64,000 nucleotides of DNA. It comes from Antedon mediterranea. Taxonomy: Eukaryota; Animalia; Echinodermata. This document shows, piece after piece, positions 53,405-64,000 of this stretch. The stretch spans positions 17,346,795 through 17,410,794 of the forward strand of contig NC_092670.1 of NCBI RefSeq assembly GCF_964355755.1, in the 5' to 3' direction. Made by a program: the position numbers and the translations under genes. How positions within the stretch are numbered: position 1 is the stretch's first letter; every line of letters begins with the position of its first letter. A model generated the notes under the pieces. That model saw nothing but the letters and a program-made list of their open reading frames with translations. It did not search any database and was not told the DNA's origin.

Positions 53405-56400
53405 TTATGAAGGAGAAATTGCTGTAACGACCGTGCTACCAAGTGAAGTTAATTGTTCAGATATTGTAGTAGTCATGTCGCTCGTAGTGTTACAATACGA
53501 CAAATCAACGACCGTCTCGCAGCGTCCATCGTTCCGGCTTAGTATTATCATGACAACTCCGGAAATAAACACAAAACATCCGAATACTGCAATTAATAAG
53601 GCTGGAATCTTCTGTAGAGAACAGAGTGGTCCCGATTCTAGCTTGATGTACGATAAAGTTGGTAAGATAAAAACCAATGGAACTGCACATACAATGCCCT
53701 AGTTACAAAAAAGAAATGTAATTCAAAGACCTTTGTTTCGTTCATTTCAGTTGAATAACATCAAAAAGAAAGAACAAAAAAAATGATAAATGATGAAGAC
53801 GTACTTTAAGATTTAAGGACACAAAGAACATTATTGAATACAAAAAAGAGGATGCAGAGAGATTTTGAGATTGAAAGAGACAGAGTGACATGCATATGAG
53901 GAAATCACAAACAAAAAGGTATGTTATTTTATATTTCTACCACTTGAACTTAAGTTGACCAATCATAAGCGGAAATTTGGATGATCCATCCCAACGTGAT
54001 TGGTTAAATTACTTGATCCTTGTCTACATTATCAAACTTTATGTGACAACAAAATTTGATGTGCCCATATATGCACATGATGATTTCATATCAATTCCAT
54101 AATTTTTGCATATATCTACCATATTTGGGCACACTTTTTGTCAAACTAATTTGATAGTGTAGACAGAGCTTTACAATGGGCTTATGCCCTTGTGTGACAT
54201 TTGAAGTGGGAACCAAAGTTTATAATTCTGTTTCATATTTTCAGTCAGTAAAGAATGAAGATTGAGTAGTAACACATAAACATGATCTGGAGAGAATGAA
54301 GGAAATAAAGCATACAAGAAGAAGAATTACTTACATTTAAGGATAGCACTATACCAAGACAGGCTGTACTCATAGAGAAGGCCAGCACAAGGCCAGTGAC
54401 AACCAAGGTAAATATAAGATGTCTGGTGTATGGTTGTGGTTCATCAATCCAACCTTGATGAACGCAAAAGTTTTCTAAAACCTAAGAAAAAAATGAATTC
54501 ATTTTGCCTTTATTCTCCACCACTCCACTCTAGTAATTTAAAACTCAGTACAAATTCTGGTCATGTTGATATCAATCTCATACTACCAAAACCCACAACC
54601 CCACTGTATGTAGGTTTAAACCTTTCCAGTACAATTCTGGTCATGTTGATACTCCACAATAATTACCTAATTCAAGACAAATTTTAAACAATGATTATGC
54701 CTAATTAACATAAATTTTTGTTTGTTTATTTCTTTACAAAACTGCAAGAGAAATCATGACAAACAGTCACACAGGACCCTCAGCATAAGCATTGAACTAG
54801 ACTTTGGAAGCTGACTTGTCATCAAGAGAAATGTGGCCAGAAAGACGTTCAGTGGCATAGGAACTTTTTGTTTGAGGTAGGCTTAACTTTAATTACACAT
54901 TTTAATCCGTGTATTATATCCATGCCAGATAAATAAGATGCATCTAGCCAATCAACAAGCTTGACCTTTAATGACCTTTTATATAGCCGTTATATTCGTC
55001 TCGTGTAGCCTAGAGATTGAAAGTAATTAATTATTAAGAATCGTACAAACCTCCCGGCACACAAAACATTCCAGCGGGAACGTGCACATGATTGTAACGG
55101 CAAATACTAGTCTAGCTGCATTCGCTAAATCATCGCTGTAACAATAGTTTTCCAAAATGTCACCTACAAAGAAGTAAAAATGATAGATAATAAGAATAAT
55201 AATAAAATAACAAATATGAAGACAATAATTAAATAAATAAAATATGCTCTATGGAAAATAAAATATTCATTAATTTAATAAACATCAAACATATATTTGA
55301 ACAACACTCATTTTACATATTCCAGATAATAATAACTAATGCAGTAATAACACATTGAATTATTAGCTTATTTGTTTAATAAGTAAAAAGAAACGTTTTC
55401 TTTTAATATATAAAATATTAATTTAAATAAAAGTATGAAAACACACATTTATTCAGAATGAAATTTAAATAAAAAAGTACAATGCATCAGGTCTAGAAGT
55501 GCAAAAGCATGAATATAAATTATTAAAAGTAAAATGCAGGCCTAACAAATTAAATAACTAGCTTATTTCTTTAATAGTGGAGTGAGTGCAGAATCTGTTT
55601 GGGCTTTAGCCTATTCTCACTTCTGGTTATATTTCATTGGTGAACGAATAAATGGTATTATTAATTTTTAAATTCTAATATTCAGATTTTATTATTATTG
55701 TAGTTATTAAATTGGAAAATTAAATATTAATATATTTAAAAGTATGAATTATGTTTTATTAACATTATTCATAAATCTTCCATTATAAAGTAAACAACTA
55801 TGCAGTTCTAACAAATTAAATTGTTAGCTTCTTTTAATATTTAAATTATATTCAGATTACTTAATACTATTAGTCTTTAGATAGAAGCATAAAATACTAT
55901 GATGATGATGATGTTGGCCAGTATGTGCTATAAAACAAAGATTTTGAAACGATTTGCAATATGACTGTCGATAATAAATCATGACACTTCAACGTGCTTT
56001 GCCTCATCGCAATGCATTTTGATTTTGCAAATTGTGCTTGTCGTCATCAGACCCTCGGGGCACAGCAGGAGAATGGCTGCTATGGTATTTGACGAGATCG
56101 TCGTGCTTAAATACCATGTCTCAAGCTGTATGCTATGTAGATAGTAGATTCCATCTTGGAAAAAGGTTTTCAAAAATTAAATAATTTGCAAATTTATAAC
56201 TATATAAATAATTTATCTAATTTAATATTTCTAATAATATATAAATTAATCAATTATTTAAATATTATTTAGATTAGGTACTATACAATCCAGGCCTGAA
56301 TTAATCACTGTACTTAAACATATTTATGGCTTATATCAGATAATATCACTATATATGGGCATAGCATCAATATATGGGCAAACTATCCCTATATATTGGC

Positions 56401-59400
56401 ACATTATCACAAAATAAGGCATATTATCACTATTGGCAGATCATTACTATATATGGGCAGATCATTAGTACTGTATATACAGTATGGGGAGATCATTACT
56501 ATATAATGGGCAGATCATTACTATATATGGGCACATCATCACTATATATGGGCCATTACTATATGAGCATCTATGTATACATCATGATTATTTAGGCAAA
56601 TCATGACTACAGTATATAGGGAAATCATAATAGTATGTCAGTATATTATTAGCTATGAAAGAGAAAACGTGCAAACATGATTATAATGTGATAATATATA
56701 GGACGCAGTTTTCATACATCCATTAAATTCTAGTGTGAAAACGGAACAAACGCATCAACAGTATCAAGCACATCAGTAGTGATTACTTAGATACAATGTA
56801 TACGAAAGCCTTGAAAACACAAATACTCTCTGTTTTTTATTGATTGTCCACATTATCATCATAAAATAGGGAATAAAATAGTGGCAGCTTGCAGCGTTAT
56901 TGATTCGATTCGGCGTAGAAGTATTAATTCAGATTAAATTATTTTAATGTACAGTAATACTTTTGTTATGCAATTTAATTACCACTCTCGGGAGACTCAT
57001 GACAATTCTAAACTATTAATTTTATACTATATAATGTTATGCTAAAGTACATACATCAACTATTTGTACAATGCTGCTATTAAATGCAAAATGTGTTTCT
57101 CATACTCTTATATCACTTTCAAATTTATGTAGAAAACTCTTTAACGCATACAGCAGGGACGCACACAGAACAATTTTCTTTTGAAACCTCCGTTAGGTTG
57201 CTGGGAGATGTAATAGCGGTGACTAGTGACAACAGAAATAAAATTTGTTGCATGTTCTAAAATGTATTTACAATCAAGTCCCCGAAATGTTAAATAGGGC
57301 TCGACTATTTGAGATGACCTTTGACTTTGTAGGAACTAGTTAATACATATTATTCCATATTATTTCATTGCGCACATTCAGAGACATGCTTTTTTGATAT
57401 AGTTTGGCGGATTCTAGGTAAAACAACGACACAATGTGCGTATGTCGTAGGTCCTAGATCTTGCTTTTCTAAATGCGTTTCAAGTATTGGATAGAATGAT
57501 TAAGGATGTCTTGGTTTAGAAAAAAATATTCTTAACAATACTGTAATGCTATTATTTTGACAAAACCTACCCTGTGTGTTGCCTGTAAAAGTTGCATAGC
57601 CAAAAATGCCAAATATTGCACAAGGTATAAATGATATGAAGACAGCAACGTGCGTGACCTTTGACCACTTGTCGACGGTAGGATCCTCCAATGATGTGTA
57701 TAACAGGAAAGAATTATGATGACAAATAAAGGCTGAAAAATAAATTAATAACGAATAAAAACTTTAATTGATAAATCCTGATTGTGGTATTATAACCCAA
57801 ATGATACACCTAGAAGTGCAAACACTACATGTCTTAAGTAAATACTTATCTCAAACTCCCGATTTTACTTTATGGTCAATGGGGGAGGGGTCTCTTGAAT
57901 TGGTACATATGACTTTATTCCTATAATCATTATTATCTAGCCATTTATTAACATTTTTAAACACATTTTGTGTCTTTATTTTTATTTATTTGTATTTTGA
58001 GTTTACCACGACCAAAGGATTTTTTAATCTTGAATACAGTATAGCATGCATTTCTCTTGTATAATTATTAGTCATTCCGTTTTTATATAATATTATTGGG
58101 GATGCCCTTTACAAATAAAAAAAATTCACAACAAGTAAAATGTTATGGTGGTCCCTGTGTCTTAAAACGTCTTGGATGTACACAAGTAATTTGGTGAGCG
58201 ATATAGCTCTAAGTCTATCAAGAAAACATTACCGTTCAAAACATAAGTAATTAGAGCAAGAACAGTTAAAAGATGAAGGCAGGCTACAATAAATGTCAAT
58301 ACATTCATTGTTTGTGAATACAGTTTAAAAAAAAAATCTTTTGTGCTTCTTTGTGCATTTTTTATTGCAAAATATATTTCATTTAACTGCGCTTTATTAG
58401 AATTATTATTGTTATTTAAATAAATAAATAAATAAATAAATAAAAATACTAACCAGACATTATAGATAATGTAACAATTTCACATTTTGGTATTTTGGTA
58501 TTTTTCACATTTTTGTGAGTGAGGTTTGTAGGTATTAAAATTTTAAAATGAAAATGTATATAAACAATCGCTATATAATGAATAATATTTAAAAATTACA
58601 GAACATGTACACCTTCAATTTATAATAAATTAAATGATCAAAATTGTAATATATTAAGATAGTACAATTTCAGATTATATATGTGAGCACAATCCCCCAT
58701 ATTACATCAACAACATAAAATGCTAATTACAAGATGTATTTTATATTCAGTACCAAAAAAATATAAATACTATTCACATTTAATATTTTAATCTCTGTCT
58801 ACACTTTTAAACTTTAGGTGAAAAAAAAAATGTGATGTGCCCAAATATGGAAATGATGATGTCATATCACTACCATATTTAAGCATATCATTACCATATT
58901 TGGGCACATCACACCTTTTTTTGTCAAACTAGTTTAATAGTGTAGACAGAGTTTTTTAGATATGTAAATATGTGTGTGTATTCATTTCAATGTTGTGCTT
59001 TTTAAAATTTGTAACAATTTTAAACATGAGTTGTAAATCATATAGTATGAGACATCAGGTAGCGGCAATGTTTTTTGATAACAACTGGTACTTTTACTAA
59101 TTCCAGGATTTGAACCTCAAACCTTGTGATTTGTAAGCAAGCATGTTAACAACCAAGCTAGAATGCCACTATGTCTGGTGCTTCTATATATAAATTTACG
59201 TAAGGGCAAAATTCGGTAAATCGCGCCTTACATTTAGAATTTGTACTCGATGGTATATAAAGTTGGTTCGTACTTTCGGTACTGATTTTAACCACCTGAT
59301 GTAACCCTGTTTACTAATTAAATTGAGTTAGAGAATTAGTTATTGACGATTAAAACGAATTTAGGTTCAACGATTTGCCCCAAATAGGGGTGTTTTCCGA

Positions 59401-62400
59401 TCGTGGTATACACTGTCTATGGATGTCCATCTTGAAAAATACCCGCCACAAAAATGCGAGGAGGCTTCGCATTTTCCTATCTCCTCCTACGATAATTGTT
59501 TTTAATAGCTGAAAACCGGTTGAACAGCTAGAGTACACCATCATAATGTTGAAGACAGGCCGATTTTCTTTAAAAAATACTATTTTGATAGATTTAATAT
59601 ACGATTATACAAATCTATTGATTTGCGATGAATGGAACATCCCAATCTCTCAGTCTGCCAGAGTTTGGTTTAACACAAGTACTGTAGGTAAATTTATGAG
59701 CCCTTGGTTTAACACATATGGTAGGTAAATATATGGGCCCTTTGAAAATAAACTTGCGAGATTGTGGATAGGCTCTACTGTTAGATATATAAACACATTA
59801 TTATATACAAATAAACTTTATACTGACAGTTCTTTATCAACGTTTGTATTAATTAATAATTACCAAATATAAACGTCGTAGTTGTGTATTGTGACATGGT
59901 ACTTTAATATTTCAATCGATTATGACAGTGACAGTTTTAACTAAACTAAATAAAGAATGTTCTCTAATATAATTAGGAATCTCTTGCCATACAAGGGGAA
60001 AATTAGTGTACAATGAATATTTAAAAGAAATAAATAAATAAATAAATAAAATAAAAGAAGTATTAAATCGCAAATGTTTTACTGTATTTAGAGGTATATT
60101 ATTTATAGGCCTATAAAACATGAAAAAAATATTTTGTTACTGAGTGGATAAAGAATATATTTAAAAATTGTTCCTCTTTGTACCTATCCGCTTTCCCATC
60201 CCTCAACCCTAATGTTACATACAAAACACAAATTGGGTTTCTTTAAACAATGTAATGTCCAAATCAATTTTGTGATAAGTTTCTCCTTCGGAAGTAATTC
60301 CCAGGGTGCTAATTTTAGTTGACTACATAAATCATCGTGTCTATTTATTCGTTTCTGTAAACGACAATGTATATAGTCCTGCGGTACGTACATTTGAAAT
60401 CGCCAGTTTTGTTACGCTGAAATTACTGTGTATTCGAGAACCATCTGTGGGCACGACCTAGATGGTACGCGAGCGAAGCGAGCGTACCATCTAGTAATAA
60501 TAATTACACAATAATAGTAAATTACTTTTATATGTAATGCATGACTAAAAATAGATTTATAGTTTAATCTATTTTAATATCATTGCAGTATTCATAAAAT
60601 AATTTCAAACTCATTAACATAATTAGAAATATTCATTGGAAAATGATTTATCTTAAAACTTATGAATCTTAATCACTTTAAAGTTAAAAACATGAATGCT
60701 GTTACTTTACGATATTCATGTATTTATTTTGATATGTGAATAGCAGCGACCATAAGTGGCGTTCATACTGTGGTTTGAAGGCCACTCATAATGGATTTTT
60801 TACAATACAATACAAATCTTTCCTTATTCTGGAAAAGCTCTTTCAATACATTAATTTATACTGTGGCGCTGCCATATTCACCAAAATCATCACAAAATTA
60901 TTTACAATCAATTCCATGACATATTTTTCCATGTTTGAATAATAATGTTGGAGTAGTTGATTGACTTCTAGTTAGTATTTTTAGAGTGAAAAGTCCAGTC
61001 CATAAAATTGAATAAATTTGTTAAATAAAATGGTACATGACCATTAGAAATATCATAAAATATGTAAAATGGATTAAAATCTAATAAATACATCAGAGAA
61101 CAGGACGACATTAAACTATATTAAATGAGTGATGACATTAAATGATTGATGTAATCAATTTATCCTGGTCAGATTAGACATGTCAGTTTTGATATAAATC
61201 AACATAATTAGTTAAATTTTGAGACTTTCATCTCTATCTTGTGAAATTATAATATTTTAAATATTTAAAAATAATTAGTTGATGGTGTTTATTCATGAAG
61301 AATCTGATTGGTTTATTTGGAGCTTCACAATTTACATCAATAGCCACCTGTTAATCTGTTCCTGTCTCAATAGGTGTGACAGCTTCCATGACATATTTTT
61401 CCATGTTTGAATAATAATATTTGAGTAGTTGATTGATCTAGTTAGTATTTTTAGAGTGAAAAGTCCAGTCCATAAAATTGAATAAATTTGTTAAATAAAA
61501 TGGTACATGACCATTAGAAATATCATAAAATATGTAAAATGGATTAAAATCTAATAAATACATCAGAGAACAGGACGACATTAAACTATATTAAATGAGT
61601 GATGACAAATGATTGATGTAATCAATTTATGCTGGTCAGATTAGACATGACAGTTTCGATATAAATCAACATAATTAGTTAAATTTTGAGACTTTCATCT
61701 CTCTATCTGGTGAAATTATAATATTTTAAATATTTAAAAATAATTAGTTAATGGTGTTTATTCATGAAGAATCTGATTGGTTTATTTGGAACTTCACAAT
61801 TTACATCAATAGCCACCTGTTAATCTGTTCCTGTCTCAATAGGTGTGACAGCTATTAAGATGAACTTTGCTTTGAAATACCTTTCTACTACTGTACTAGG
61901 CCTGTTGAGTTTAAGATGTACAGGTAGTTAATTCACAAAGCAACTACATTTACATACAAGAATACTGTGTGTTTCCAGGGAGATATCTCCCTGATGTTTC
62001 TTACCGAATGCCATGATTCCAATAGATTCAGGAAAAGTGATTTTACCAAAGACCCACGGATTTGGTGTTTCTGGTCTGTTTAAAAAAAAAACATGGTTTT
62101 CAAATCAATTAAAAATATAAAATTCTTTTTATTTTTGTAATGTATGCAGAATCATGATCTCCTAAGGTGAAATTACTTTTGATAAGGTCAGCACAATAGG
62201 ATGCCATCTTGTTTATTCTCCTTAAATTGCCTCTCATAGAATCAGCATTAATCTATCCACTCAAGATGGCTTTATCATCGGCAAGTAGCTAGTCTTCTTT
62301 GTCCTGAACTAATTTATGTTCTGCTACTAGTACAGGTAATATTAAAGGCTATAACTAATTTAAATTTCAAATTAATTAAAGTGGATACCTGGGCTTGCTG

Positions 62401-63812
62401 AGGACAATGTTAATTTGTGACTTTGTTTTGGTCTCTAACTAGAATCAATTAATTACCGTAGGTCTATATTGTGTTGCATTAAATGTTATAGAATACAGCT
62501 CTCATTGTACTAGGCTTATTGGAGGTATTTTATTAAAGAGGTTTCTAATTGGAGGTCTTTTATTGAGAATGGGTGTCTAATTAGAGGTATTGTTGATGAT
62601 AGCTCATTCAGAGGTCATTCATGCAAGTTATAATTTGGGTTCTTTAAGTTGAAGACATTATTTGAGACAGTGTGTAGTTAGAGGTTTATGTTTGTAATTG
62701 GAGGACTTGCTGGAGAAAAAATGTCAATTACTAGGACATTTATGGATACATTAAAAAATAATTTTGGTCACAGAAAAGAGACCAACTTACAAATTTAATG
62801 TTCCATATCGCACTATGACAACTAACATGATGAATAGAACAAGAACCAATGAAGCAATTGATATCTGAGAAGAGAAAAACATCAATAAAATCAATTCCTA
62901 GACAAATGAAGTATTGATGGACTTTAAATTGATGCCTGATTGTTCCTTTATTGACTGCTACGTAACAAAAAAGCTTGTGAATACATATATAATGCATTTT
63001 TTAAAGATGCTTTAAAATGTAATGAATTTTAATTCACAAAAATGATTAAATTGTATTATTAAAACTGATAGTTGTTGAGGAACTTGAAAAAAAAAAAAAT
63101 CATAATTCTGCACAACATACATAATAGAGGTTTTACTGATAATTCACAGACATGTAAAAGTGGTTGGTAATAAACAGTACTGTAAATAATCTATGTTTTT
63201 TTAATAGGTTAAGATGGGAAAATCTGTAGGAATTAGAAAAAGCTGCCCAACCAAGATTCGACTCGGAACCTTCTACTTGGTGTGTAGGTTTACTGTACAA
63301 ATGCCACATTGACGGGCCTACTTCATGTAAGATAATGTACGTTTAATTGTATGATGACCATCAACATTCCGTGACTAGCTATAAAAATATTACATAGTTA
63401 ATGTGTCCATTAGTTACACTAGTTTCCACATCGTTTAACCCATTAATGTCTCATGGTCCGTTGCCTTTGTCTGCCTAACTTACTGTAAACATAACTGAAT
63501 GTGCTACATACATAATGCTTATGAAATTAGCCAGTACTATTTAATATAACATAAGCAAACAACATTACTAAATGATACTGGGTTGACAAGTATACACAAA
63601 TGATAATTAAAATTTTAAAAAAAAATACATATTAACAATGAACCAGTTAATTTTGTATTTTTTTTAAACTTAAAAACATAACATTTGATAATGTTAAAAT
63701 AATGTGCTTACCTTGACTAACTTGGCAACATTTTGGTATAATGATATAGGTAATGTTATAAACACTGTTACTAATGATATGACAAAGTAACGATTTGCCA
63801 ACACATGTTGTT
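53405..63812 (-). CDS. SLC38A11: SLC38-family neutral amino acid transporter (SLC38A11-like), 3' portion; exons 63712-63812, 62791-62864, 62005-62075, 57571-57732, 55051-55163, 54335-54481, 53405-53698; 5' exons lie beyond the window
   Basis: Motifs TLPISLYQNVAKL, IGIMAFAFICHHNSFLLY, GYATFTGNTQGDILENYC, FPLECFVCREV, CLGIVLSLNG, PLVFILP. GT-AG boundaries in phase; TAA at 53405. Confidence 0.9.
56340..56620. repeat. Degenerate minisatellite, about 19-bp unit
   Basis: Repeated ATATATGGGCA(G/C)ATCAT(C/T)ACT units. Confidence 0.7.
59183..60494 (+). mobile_element. Probable non-autonomous Helitron
   Basis: 5' TCTATATATAAA; 3' 13-bp stem CTAGATGGTACGC-loop-GCGTACCATCTAG ending CTAG|T. The 5' boundary is less certain than the 3'. 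Confidence 0.6.
60912..61852. repeat. Direct tandem duplication of about 470 bp (60912-61383, 61384-61852)
   Basis: Two nearly identical adjacent copies in an SLC38A11 intron. Confidence 0.95.
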
Positions 63813-64000
63813 CTGAAAAAAAATACAACAAATGATAAATTCAATTGAATTTGTTGTTGTTCTCATTTGTTTGTGGTTTTAGGATCCAAGCAATCACCCT
63901 CATAAAACGAAAAGGCTTTTTATTTATATACAAAACCAATAAATTGATATTGTTATCAAAGTATTTAGATTCATCACCAATTTATAATCAATCCCATTAG

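Overview
AT-rich, intron-rich animal (invertebrate-type) genomic DNA, not prokaryotic; most entries in the ORF track are exon fragments or repeat artefacts. Five spliced genes were reconstructed by hand from GT-AG boundaries and reading-frame phase: a cAMP-dependent protein kinase inhibitor PKI (+, 4138-6650), the minor-spliceosome protein U11-48K/SNRNP48 (-, 19318-24804), a PYCR3-like pyrroline-5-carboxylate reductase (-, 25768-28565), RIF1 (+, 33036-50199, 29 coding exons, about 2476 aa) and the 3' part of an SLC38A11-like amino-acid transporter (-, 53405 to beyond the window end). The non-coding DNA is rich in non-autonomous DNA transposons (Harbinger-like MITEs, a Tc2-like element with a nested insertion, a 736-bp foldback palindrome, a likely Helitron) and minisatellites. 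The best find is a tandem pair of U12-type 5' splice-site sequences (ATATCCTT-AATG-GTATCCTT) 53 nt downstream of a cryptic 3' splice site in the intron after SNRNP48 coding exon 4. This matches the USSE/poison-splicing feedback circuit by which U11 snRNP controls its own 48K subunit. All gene models are manual and unverified by transcript data.
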